Shown here: positions 36,179 to 45,700 of the stretch, piece after piece
How positions within the stretch are numbered: position 1 is the first letter of the stretch
Layout of the letters: each line of letters begins with the position of its first letter
Source of the DNA: a virus
Reading direction: 5' to 3' (one strand)
DNA length: 64,000 bases
IMG/VR virus record: IMGVR_UViG_3300048999_000173
Span: 1-64,000 of that record
Notes under the pieces: generated by a model
What the model was told of the DNA's origin: nothing
Databases searched by the model: none
The model's input: only the letters and a program-made list of their open reading frames with translations
Made by a program: the position numbers and the translations under genes

Positions 36179-37225
36179 ATGGAAGCTCTCGAGCTCCTCC
36201 TGCGGGACACCAACGACACCGACCTGACGGTGTTCGCCCGGGCCATGTACACCCCGGCGAACTACCGCCTCACCCGGGAGATCCTTCCGGAGTTCCCCAT
36301 CCAGGGCGTCAAGTTCCGCACCACGTCCGCGAAGCGGCGCGTCAACGCGGCCAAGTTCCGCGCCTACGACGCACCGACCGCGCTCGCCAAGCGCCAGGCG
36401 GAACGAGTCGTCAACGAGGGCATGCTGCCCGCCCTCGGCCAGACCCTCCCCATCACCGAGATGGACCAGATCCTGCTGGACGTCGGCCGCGGGGCCGACA
36501 CCCAGCAGTACATCGACCTGCTCTACTCGGACGTCGAACGGCACGTCGAGTCCATCAAGACCGCGCAGGAGATCGCTGCCGGCCAGCTCCTGGCCACCGG
36601 CAGGGTCGACCTGCCCGGCATCGGCCTGGACGTCAACTGGAACGTCCCCTCGGCGAACATGCCCACCGCCGGAGTGCTTTGGGACCAGCCGACCGCCACC
36701 CCGCTGTCTGACGAGCGCGCGTGGATCGACTACCTCGTCGACTCCGGCGCCCCCGCGCCGAAGGAGGTCCTCACCTCCCGGCGCGCCCGCTCCATGCTGG
36801 CCTCCAACGCTGAGTATCAGATGGCCTTCTACGGGCAGAACTCCGCCAACAACCCGGGCACCACGCTGTCGCCGCTCGAGGTCGACGCCGTGCGCGCCCG
36901 CTTCGGCCTCCCGCCGATCGTCATCTACGACGTCCAGGTGTGGAACGACGACGTCTACCAGCGGGTCATCCCGGACAACAAGTGGATCCTCATCCCCGAC
37001 GTCCCGGCGTCGGAGTGGGCGCAGACGCAGTACGGCGTCACCCGCGAGGCCGCGAAGTTCACCTCCGGCACCAACCCGGCCCTCACCCGCGAAGAGGCCC
37101 CCGGCATCGTCGTCGTCACCAAGGTCGAGGACGACCCGGTGCAGATCTACACCCGAGGCGCCGCGATCGGCATGCCGGTCCTCTACGTCCCGGACATTCA
37201 CATCTCCGCCACCGTCCTGGGGTGA
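36179..37225 (+). CDS. major capsid protein (lambda gpE-like)
   Basis: follows scaffold and decoration genes; AAKFRAYDA, LPALGQ, DDPVQIYTRGAAIGMP. Confidence 0.9.
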   Translation: MEALELLLRDTNDTDLTVFARAMYTPANYRLTREILPEFPIQGVKFRTTSAKRRVNAAKFRAYDAPTALAKRQAERVVNEGMLPALGQTLPITEMDQILLDVGRGADTQQYIDLLYSDVERHVESIKTAQEIAAGQLLATGRVDLPGIGLDVNWNVPSANMPTAGVLWDQPTATPLSDERAWIDYLVDSGAPAPKEVLTSRRARSMLASNAEYQMAFYGQNSANNPGTTLSPLEVDAVRARFGLPPIVIYDVQVWNDDVYQRVIPDNKWILIPDVPASEWAQTQYGVTREAAKFTSGTNPALTREEAPGIVVVTKVEDDPVQIYTRGAAIGMPVLYVPDIHISATVLG

Positions 37226-37231
37226 CGCGCC

Positions 37232-37561
37232 ATGCCCAAGCTGATCACGGCCGTGTTCGTACGGGACCCTGACCGGCACCGCACGGTCCTCCTGCAGCCC
37301 GGCGAGGAACCGGAGCCGCGTCTCGCAGCCCTGGTGACCAACCCGGACTGCTGGGAGGACGGGAAGCTGCCCGAGCCCGTGGAAGCACCCGACGGCGACA
37401 ACACCGACGGTGACTCCGCGGACGACAGCAGCAAGCCCGAAGCCGATCCGGAGACCGACAAGGCCGCCCCTGCGGCCAAGAAACCGGCCGCGCGCAAGCC
37501 AGCGGCCCCCAAGCCGGCCCGGAGCCGGACCGCCGCTGCGGAGGGTGTCAGCGGCGAGTAG
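37232..37561 (+). CDS. hypothetical virion-module protein
   Basis: LVTNPDCW motif; K/P/A-rich tail. Confidence 0.75.
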   Translation: MPKLITAVFVRDPDRHRTVLLQPGEEPEPRLAALVTNPDCWEDGKLPEPVEAPDGDNTDGDSADDSSKPEADPETDKAAPAAKKPAARKPAAPKPARSRTAAAEGVSGE

Positions 37562-37562
37562 T

Positions 37563-37615
37563 CGGATGCGGGCCCGCCCCTGTGGTGGGGGCGCCAACCG
37601 GCGGGCCCGCATCCG
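37563..37615 (+). terminator. stem-loop terminator after the capsid genes
   Basis: perfect 16-bp IR CGGATGCGGGCCCGCC / GGCGGGCCCGCATCCG. Confidence 0.75.
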
Positions 37616-37647
37616 CTATCCCCTCATCCGCCCCTGAGGAGGACCAG

Positions 37648-37974
37648 ATGGACGCTGCCGTCATGCCGTGGCTGCTCGCCCAACTCGGCACAGACACCGA
37701 CCAGACCGACCTGACGGTCCGGTACCTGCGCCTCGGCACCGCGCGCGCCGTCGCCCTCGAAGTCCTGCGGGAGCGCCTTGCCGAACTACGGGCCAACCCC
37801 ACTGCGATCTCCGTGTCCAGCGTCGTCCTGGTCAACTACACCGCGAACCTTGCCGCCTACGAGCGGCAGATCGCCCTGCTGGAAGACGGCGACCCGACCG
37901 CACCCGACGACCCGCCGGGTAGCGGCCGTTACGCCATCGGCTACCTCCAGCTCGTCGAACGCCGCCGCCGATGA
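37648..37974 (+). CDS. putative head-tail connector
   Basis: GAGGAGG RBS; size and position. Confidence 0.6.
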   Translation: MDAAVMPWLLAQLGTDTDQTDLTVRYLRLGTARAVALEVLRERLAELRANPTAISVSSVVLVNYTANLAAYERQIALLEDGDPTAPDDPPGSGRYAIGYLQLVERRRR

Positions 37975-38819
37975 CGACCCCGACCCGGCAGGCCACCGGC
38001 GACCGGTTGGAACTTCTCGCCCTCATCACCGCCACGACCGCCGAACTCGTACTGCAGTGGCATCGCCTTACCACCGCCCAGGACGCCCTGCTGCGCGCCC
38101 TGGAACGGCTCCGCCCCGGCCTCGGCTCCACCACCCGCATCCGCGGCATCGTCGCCGACTTCAACACCCAGGTAGGCGAGTTCGACCGCCTCGCCCGCGC
38201 GGTCGCCGTGCGCTGGGCCGGCCAGGACCTGCCCGTCGCCTACCGCGACGGAGCCCTGCGCGCCCTGCGGCAGGCGTCCGCCGACATCACCCTGTTCCAG
38301 TGGACCGCCGACCACCAAGCCGCGCTCACCGCGCTGACCGCCACCTTCTACACCGACCTCATCAGTCGCATCCAGGAGACCGTGCGGCGCGCCCAAGCCT
38401 TCGCCCGCGCCGCCCAGGAAGCCGCCCGCGAGGTCACCCTGGGCCGCAACCACTCCGGGATGGACTCCGCCCGCCTGGCTGCCGAGCATCCACTGGGCAC
38501 CATCATCTACGCCGACCAGGCCCGCCACCCGATCAAGTCGTGGGCCGCGTCGGCGCTCACCTACCAGGGAGCGGTGACGGCCAACCACGGAGCCATCAAC
38601 ACCGGCCGCCTCGAGCTGGACGCCAGCTGGTTCGAATGCACTGACGGACCGGAGTGCGGGTTCGTATCCCATCAGGACACCGATCACGCCAGTGGCACCA
38701 TCCGGTCAGCCGACGATGCAGCCGCCTACCCGGTCGCGCACCACGGATGCATCCGCTCCTGGACACCCCGCCCCGACCTCAACGGCCGAAACGACCTCGT
38801 CTCCGGAGACTCCGCATGA
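37971..38819 (+). CDS. minor capsid / MuF-like protein
   Basis: helical N-terminal region; C-terminal DG.EC ... PVAHHGCIRSW. Confidence 0.7.
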   Translation: MTTPTRQATGDRLELLALITATTAELVLQWHRLTTAQDALLRALERLRPGLGSTTRIRGIVADFNTQVGEFDRLARAVAVRWAGQDLPVAYRDGALRALRQASADITLFQWTADHQAALTALTATFYTDLISRIQETVRRAQAFARAAQEAAREVTLGRNHSGMDSARLAAEHPLGTIIYADQARHPIKSWAASALTYQGAVTANHGAINTGRLELDASWFECTDGPECGFVSHQDTDHASGTIRSADDAAAYPVAHHGCIRSWTPRPDLNGRNDLVSGDSA

Positions 38820-39052
38820 GCGACCAGCCGGTAGGGCCCATCCTCGATGGCCTCGGCAACACCCTCGAACTCGAAGACGGCGACTTCGTCGTCTCAGCCC
38901 TCATCATCGCCAAGGTCGTCGATAAGAACGGCGAGGTCTCCCTCACCCTGAGCACCAGCGAGGGACTGTCCTGGATCGATCAGCACGGCCTCCTTGCGTC
39001 CGCCCAACTGGTCGCCAACCAGTCGGAGATCGGAAGGAAGGGCGACGAATGA
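38816..39052 (+). CDS. hypothetical protein
   Basis: ATGA coupling at both ends. Confidence 0.75.
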   Translation: MSDQPVGPILDGLGNTLELEDGDFVVSALIIAKVVDKNGEVSLTLSTSEGLSWIDQHGLLASAQLVANQSEIGRKGDE

Positions 39053-39438
39053 CGACCCCACCAGAGCCGGCCGCCCACGGCGTACGGATCGACGCGCAGC
39101 CCGGCGACGCCACCGTCACCATCGACGGCACCCCGCTGCCGCGCGGTCAGCTCACCGGATATGTCCTGCAGCACGACATCCATCAGGCCCTGCCGTCGCT
39201 GATCCTGCACACCCGCCAGCCCGAATCCGTGCTGTTCGAAGGCCTCGCCACGGTCGCCGTAGCCGTCGACCAGAGCGACGCCACGGAGATGATGGTGCAG
39301 TTCCTGCAGGGCATCGACCCGGCGGCGCTCCAGCGGGTCGCTATGGACCGGGACGACCTGGACGACGGCAAGACCGGCGTCACGGAGGCCATCCTGCGGC
39401 AGTTGGTCGACTGGGTGCAGGGACAGGGTGGTTCCTGA
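39049..39438 (+). CDS. hypothetical protein
   Basis: coupled ORF. Confidence 0.75.
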   Translation: MTTPPEPAAHGVRIDAQPGDATVTIDGTPLPRGQLTGYVLQHDIHQALPSLILHTRQPESVLFEGLATVAVAVDQSDATEMMVQFLQGIDPAALQRVAMDRDDLDDGKTGVTEAILRQLVDWVQGQGGS

Positions 39439-39887
39439 TGCCGGGCCTGGACCGCGCTCTCGCCAGCGTCACCAAGTGGATCGGCACCAACCTCCTCGTC
39501 GACACCGTGCGCGTCGAACTCCCCGCCGTCGGCAAGCCCGTCCTCAACGAGCAGACCGGTGTCCTCGAGCGCCCGCAGCGTGAGGTGCTCTATGAAGGCC
39601 CGGGCGCCGTCCAGGGCGGCACCGCGCAGTCGGAGATCTCCGCCACCCCGGGCGCGCTGCAGCCGTGGACGCAGGAGACAAAGTCCCGCTACCGCCTGTT
39701 CACCCCCCTCACCGCCCCTGTGTCGCCGAAGGACGCCATCGTCACCGTGGTCCAAGTCCACGACCCGGCTAACACCGCTCTCATCGGCCGCTCCTGGACG
39801 TGCCAAGATCCCGGCCGCGCGGCCACAGTGGAAGTCGTCCGCATCACCCCACTTGACCAGGACCAGGACCAGGGGGTGACGGGGTGA
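39438..39887 (+). CDS. DUF6093-like head closure protein
   Basis: LVDTVRV...LYEGPGAVQ...D.ALIGRSW. Confidence 0.7.
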   Translation: MPGLDRALASVTKWIGTNLLVDTVRVELPAVGKPVLNEQTGVLERPQREVLYEGPGAVQGGTAQSEISATPGALQPWTQETKSRYRLFTPLTAPVSPKDAIVTVVQVHDPANTALIGRSWTCQDPGRAATVEVVRITPLDQDQDQGVTG

Positions 39888-40273
39888 CACCCGACGAACT
39901 TGCCGACCGGCTCGAGCACGCCGCCATGAAGGTTGGCCCGGCAATCCAGAGGGGCGTGAAGCACACGGCCACGCTCGGCGCCGCACGGATCCGAGGGAAC
40001 GCGTCCGGACGCCCGGGCCCGAATGTCATCAGCGGCGCCTACCGCAATTCCTGGCAGCCCGCTCCGCTCCGCGCGATGCCGTATGGCGCGTCGTGCACCA
40101 TCGGCACTGAACTGCCGTACGGGCGGCGCCTGGAATTCGGGTTCACCGGTACCGACAGCCTGGGCCGGAACTACAACCAACCGCCATTTCCGCACGTAGA
40201 ACCCGCCATCGACTTCATCGGAACCCTTCTGCTGGGGCAGATGAAGATGGCCGTGGCGGAGGTCCTGCTGTGA
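39884..40273 (+). CDS. HK97 gp10-like tail completion protein
   Basis: SGAYRNSW...YGRRLEFG...PPFPHVEPA. Confidence 0.8.
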   Translation: MTPDELADRLEHAAMKVGPAIQRGVKHTATLGAARIRGNASGRPGPNVISGAYRNSWQPAPLRAMPYGASCTIGTELPYGRRLEFGFTGTDSLGRNYNQPPFPHVEPAIDFIGTLLLGQMKMAVAEVLL

Positions 40274-40725
40274 TCGACACACTCGCCGTGACCAAAGCCC
40301 TGGTCTCCCTCCTGGAATCCGCCACCGGGAAACCCGTGGGGGAGGGACGCCGCCCCGACGACGCAGACGACCTGTCGCACTACTACATCCTGTACTTCAT
40401 CACCCGCAGCACAGACGGGGCCGCCTTCTCCGACCTCAACGAGGACGCCGACATCACCTACCAGGTGACCTCCGTGTCCGGTCCCGACCCGACCGAGCCG
40501 GACAGCTACGGCACGCAGTCCCAGATCCAGTGGATGGACGACAAAGCCCGCCAAGCGATCCTCGGACGCGACCCCAACACCCGCAGGTGGCTGTACGACT
40601 TGACCGTGCCCGGCTGCCGCGTCACCGCACGCCGGTCGGCCGGGGAAGCAGGGGAAACACCCGACGCAACCGATGCAATCATGAGCAGTGCACCGAGGTT
40701 CACTTTCTGCGTGACCTCACCCTGA
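40270..40725 (+). CDS. tail terminator-like protein
   Basis: YYILY..., YQVTSV; position before the tail tube gene. Confidence 0.65.
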   Translation: MIDTLAVTKALVSLLESATGKPVGEGRRPDDADDLSHYYILYFITRSTDGAAFSDLNEDADITYQVTSVSGPDPTEPDSYGTQSQIQWMDDKARQAILGRDPNTRRWLYDLTVPGCRVTARRSAGEAGETPDATDAIMSSAPRFTFCVTSP

Positions 40726-40862
40726 CTAGCTCAGGACGTTAGACCGCACCGCGGCGGGACCCCACGCGGACGCCACCACCACAGGTGGCCGCCACCCATA
40801 CACCACGTGTAAGGGGCCGGGTCCCGAAAGGATCGCACTGGCCCCGGGACCAAGGGGCCCCC

Positions 40863-41669
40863 ATGCTGCTCGCCAGGCCGAAGAAGTACATGCGGCGCGG
40901 CACTTCCAGGTTCTACCTGGTGCCGACGATCGCCGCCGACTCGATGATCCCCACCCGCGCCGAACTCTCCGCCGGCACGGAGTTCTCCGCCTACATCGCC
41001 GCGATGGACGGATGGACGGTCGCCAACCAGGAGATCGACACCCCGGACATGGCGGACACGTACGACTCCACCATCCCGGGCTCGGACAAGGCCGACACGT
41101 CCACGTTCACGTTCTACGAGGACGAAGAGGACGCCGACCTCGAGGAGCTGTTCGCGAAGGGCACCAACGCCCACATCGTGATCCTCCGCAAGGGCGACGT
41201 CCCCGGCAACAAGTCCATGGACGTGTTCCCGATCCGGGTCGCCTCCCAGTCCCCGCAGTACACGGTGGACAACCAGGCCGCCCAGTTCATGGCGACCTGC
41301 TCCATCACCAGCCGCCCCCTGCAGGGCGCCGCGGTGCCGCTCGCGGGCACCGACGAGGTCCAGACCGTCACCATCACCGGCACCCCGACCGGCGGCACGT
41401 TCACCCTGACGTTCTCCGGCCAGACCACCAGCGCGATCCCGTACAACGCGAATGCTGCGGCCGTGCAGTCCGCGCTGGAAGCGCTGTCGAACATCTCCTC
41501 CGGCGACATCGTCGTCGCGGGCGGCCCGCTGCCCGGCACCCCCGTCACCGTCACGTTCAGCGGCGGCTCCTACGACGGAGCGGACGTCCCGCAGATGACG
41601 GCGACGGCCTCCTTCACCGGCGGCACCAGCCCGGCCGTCGCGGTCACCACGACCACCCCCGGCGGCTGA
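40863..41669 (+). CDS. major tail tube protein with C-terminal beta-rich module
   Basis: PTRAEL..GT, IDTPDM, DVFPIRV; C-terminal EVQTVTITG module. Confidence 0.85.
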   Translation: MLLARPKKYMRRGTSRFYLVPTIAADSMIPTRAELSAGTEFSAYIAAMDGWTVANQEIDTPDMADTYDSTIPGSDKADTSTFTFYEDEEDADLEELFAKGTNAHIVILRKGDVPGNKSMDVFPIRVASQSPQYTVDNQAAQFMATCSITSRPLQGAAVPLAGTDEVQTVTITGTPTGGTFTLTFSGQTTSAIPYNANAAAVQSALEALSNISSGDIVVAGGPLPGTPVTVTFSGGSYDGADVPQMTATASFTGGTSPAVAVTTTTPGG

Positions 41670-41772
41670 CCCAGCCGACGTCCCCTCAGTTCCTGGCCGG
41701 GCGCCCGCGCCTTGGGAAGGGCCCTCGTCGCCCGGCCAGGTCCCGCCCCCCTGACAAAGGACACCACCGAGC

Positions 41773-42330
41773 ATGCCCACCACCCCGAGCACCCTGCCGG
41801 AGCCGCCCGCCAGCGCGGTCGCCGCCGACCCGCACTGGACCGCCACCCGCGAGAAGCTCCGCAACCGGCAGCGGCCCACCGCCTCCCTGGTCATCTGCGA
41901 CGACCCGACCGTCCGCAAGGCCCTGGAGGAGGCCAAGTTCATCGTCCGCAGTGTCACCGCCTCCCTGGACGCCAGTCCCGACGACGCCAGCCTGAAGAAG
42001 GACCTGACGGCCGCACAGAAGACTCTGGACGCGGCGCAGGAAGCGTTCGACGCCATCGCGGTCACGCTGCGGTTCCAGGCGATGCGCCGGCCCGACTTCG
42101 AGGACCTGAAGAAGAACCACCCGCCGACCGAGGAACAGGCTGAAGACGGCCTATCCGTCAACGTCGACTCCATCGGGCCCGCGCTGATCGCCGCCTGCTC
42201 CCTGGACGGCATCACCGCCGACGACGCCTCCTACTACCTCGACGAATGGGCCGAAGGCGAAGCCGCCGCCATGTTCTCCACCGCCTGGAACGTGCAGTCC
42301 GGGGTGCGCATGGACGTGGGAAAAGGCTGA
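41773..42330 (+). CDS. tail assembly chaperone (gpG-like)
   Basis: between tail tube and tape measure genes; ends at the slippery G GGA AAA. Confidence 0.85.
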   Translation: MPTTPSTLPEPPASAVAADPHWTATREKLRNRQRPTASLVICDDPTVRKALEEAKFIVRSVTASLDASPDDASLKKDLTAAQKTLDAAQEAFDAIAVTLRFQAMRRPDFEDLKKNHPPTEEQAEDGLSVNVDSIGPALIAACSLDGITADDASYYLDEWAEGEAAAMFSTAWNVQSGVRMDVGKG

Positions 42331-42698
42331 CCTCCGATGACCGCTTCCGCAGCGACATGGCCTTGTGCCGGGAGTACGGCATCCCGCACAGCCAGTTCCT
42401 CGGCGCCGGAGACGGCACCTGGACGCCCCGCGACCGGGCCAAGGCCCGCGCCTACGAGGAGTTCCTGCGGACCGTGTGCCCCCAGTGCGGCACCCGGGAG
42501 TCGGAGTGGGTCACCGAGGACGGCGAGTACGAGGACGCCTACATCGCCGTCACCCACCGCTGCTTCGGCTGCGAGGAGATCGCGAACAAGCAGGACGAAG
42601 TCCCTGAGGGCAAGGCCGGGGCCGGGGTGAAGGTCCTGCTGCTGCCCGCGTCGATCCGCGCGGCACAGGAGGTCCTGGAGGAACTGACAGCCCGGTAG
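42318..42698 (+). CDS. -1 frameshift extension of the tail chaperone (gpGT-like)
   Basis: GGGAAAA at 42318-42324; -1 frame open to 42698 with CPQC and CFGC. Confidence 0.8.
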   Translation, partial: GKRLTSDDRFRSDMALCREYGIPHSQFLGAGDGTWTPRDRAKARAYEEFLRTVCPQCGTRESEWVTEDGEYEDAYIAVTHRCFGCEEIANKQDEVPEGKAGAGVKVLLLPASIRAAQEVLEELTAR

Positions 42699-42737
42699 CG
42701 GGCGCCGCAGCGACAACACGGAAGGGAGGGCAGGGGA

Positions 42738-45700
42738 GTGGCCAACTGGAACCTGTCGGTAGACCTGCGCGGGCACGGCAACGACCTCGCCCAGTCCCTG
42801 AAGTCGTCCGCGAAGAACGCCCGCACCCTCGCCAACGCCGCCCGAACGGCGAAGACCGAGGTGAAGGAGCTCGGTCAGGCGTCGCTCACCGCGTCCCGGC
42901 ACGTACGCACCCTCGGCAGCGAAGCCCGCACCACCGCGCGCCGCCTCAACTCCCTGGGTGACGGCGCCCAGACCGCGGCCCGCCGCCTCACTCGCTACGG
43001 AGATGCAGCACAGACCGCGAACCGGCACGTTAACTCCCTGGGCGACAACTCCCGCACCAGTGCCCGGCAGCTGGCCCGCATGTCCGGGCAGATCGACACC
43101 GCCGTCCGCGACCTGCTGCGCCTGGCCGACGCCGCCCGGCGCGCCGACGCCCGCCTGACCCGGGTGGGCGGCGCGGGCGTTACCGGGGTGCGCCGCTACA
43201 GCGAGGAGACCGGCCGGCTGCGCAGCCACCTCGTGTCGGTGGCCGCTCTGCTGTCCGGCGGCGCCCTGGTCATGGGTGCCGGGGAACTGATCAAGCAGGG
43301 CAACGAGTACCAGCAGGCGATGAACGCGTTCGGTGCGACCACCGGCGCCACGCAGATGCAGATGAAGCGGGCCGGAGCGACCGCCAACCAGCTCGGCGGC
43401 GACCTGAAACTCCCCGGGGCGACCGCCGCGGACGCTGCCGACGCCATGGTGGAACTCGCCAAGGCGGGATTCCGGACCGACCAGGCGATCTCCGCCACCC
43501 GGGCCAGCCTCACGCTCGCGTCCGCCGCGCAGGTCAACGCCGCCGACAGCGCGAAGTACTTGGGCGACATGATGGACCAGTTCGGCCTCGGCGCCGACCA
43601 GGCGTCCGTCGCCGCCGACACCCTGGCCGCCACCGCCAACGCCGCCAGCGGCGACATCACTGACATCTACTACGCGATGAAGTACGCCGGCCCGGTGGCG
43701 CACGGGCTCGGGATCTCCCTGCAGGAGACCGCGGCCGGCGTCGGCATGCTCGGCAAGGCGGGCATCCTCGGCCAGACCGCGGGTACCACGCTGCGCGGCA
43801 TGTTTGCCAACCTGGCGGCCCCCACCAAGCAGATGACCGAGGGCCTGGACTCCCTGGGCATCAAGGCGTGGGACGCGCAGGGCAACTTCAAGGGCCTCCG
43901 CAACATCATCGACGGCCTGTCCAAGGCCCAGCACACGATGAACCAGCAGGACTTCGCGGCCGCCGTGAAGAAGGCGTTCGGCAAGCCCGCGATGTCCGGT
44001 GCCATCGCCATGGCCCACCAGGGCACCGCCTCGTTCGACTCGCTGATGCAGTCCGTCTCCCAGACCGGGGCCGCATCGGAGATCGCCGCCGCCAAGGGCA
44101 AGGGCCTGGCCGGTGCGATGCTGCAGCTCAAGACGCAGGCCAAGCAGACCGGCCTGACGATCTACCAGGGGACGGCGCCCGGCCTCGAGCGCCTCACCCG
44201 CGCCGCCACCGACGGCCTGTCCAAGGCCACCCCGCACATCAAGGAGTTCTTCGACTACCTCAACTCCGCATCTGCCCTCCTGGGCCCCGACATCGGGAAC
44301 GCCCTGAAGAAGGAGTTCTCCGGGATCGGCGACGCGGCCGGCGACATGATGGCCCCGCTGAAGGACCTGGCCGGCACCGCAGCCGCCGACGGCCTCCACC
44401 TCCTGATCACCGCCGGGCAACTGGTCATCGAGGTCCTCAAGAACGCCGCCGACGCGATCCAGCCCATCGTGTCCGCCCTGGACGGCCTGTCCGGCGAGTC
44501 AGGGACCGTCGCCTCCACCATGGACCTCGTCGTCACCGCCCTCGACCTGGCCGCCACCGCCGCAGGCGCCCTCTCCGGTGTACTCGTCCCGATCGGGCAC
44601 GTCGTCGGCACCCTTGTCTCCGGGTTCGCCGCCCTGCCCGGCCCCATCCAGCAGTTCGTCCTCGCCGCGCTGCTGGTGCGCCGCATCCAGCCCGGCATGA
44701 CCGGCCTGGCCACCACCGTCCGCACCCGCGTCGGCGGCGCCTTCCAGGCCCTCAACCAGCAGATGGCCGTCCAGCGCGGCCTGGCCGCCTCCGCCGGGGT
44801 CTCCCTCACCCGCTACGGCGCCGCGATGGCCGTCCTCCAGACGCGGGTCCCGGTCATCGGGCAGATGGGCAACGCGTTCCGTACCGCCGCCACACAGGGC
44901 GAAGGCTTCCGCGGCACGCTGCGCGGCATCACGGCCGCCGCCGGGACCGGGCTGCGCGGCGCGATGGGTGGCCTGATGGGTGCGATGGGCGGCCCGTGGG
45001 GGCTCGCCCTGACCGGGCTCACCGTGGGCCTCGGGCTCCTCGCGGACTCCCAGCAGAAGGCGGCCGCGCGCGCTGCCGAGCACAAGGCCACCATCGACGG
45101 CCTCACCTCCGCGATGCGCCAGTCCAACGGGGTCATCGACGAGAACGTCCGCCAGCAGGCCGCCCAGACCATCCAGAACACGAAGCTGGCCGGCAGCAAC
45201 CAGACGCTGTCCACGTTCATGGGGAAGATGGGCTACAGCCTGTCCGACCTGACGGACGCCTACCTGGGCCAGGGCACCAGCGTCGACAAGCTCGCCGACA
45301 AAATGCTCAACCTGGCGCGGGCGAAGGGCGCGGAGGCCCTCAAGGACGGACCCCACAACGTGGACAAGTCCGTCATGGCGCAGGCCAACGCGTACGCCGC
45401 CGCCGGGAAGGCACTGAAGGGCATGTCGGGGGACGCCTCGACCGCGGCGAAGAACGCCAAGGACCTGGACGCGGCGACCAAGGGCACCGGCGACGGGGTC
45501 AGCGCCTACAGCAGGCTCAAGGACGCCGTCACGGCGCTCGGCGACAAGACCGCGGACGCCGACCAGCGCACCCGGGCCCTGCGGGACGCCCTCGACCTGC
45601 TGTCCGGCGGGTCCGTGTCACTCCAGGCCGCGCAGGCCCGCGTGAACGAGGCCATCACCAACGCCAACGAGGCGATGCAGGAAGGCATCGACCACGCCGA

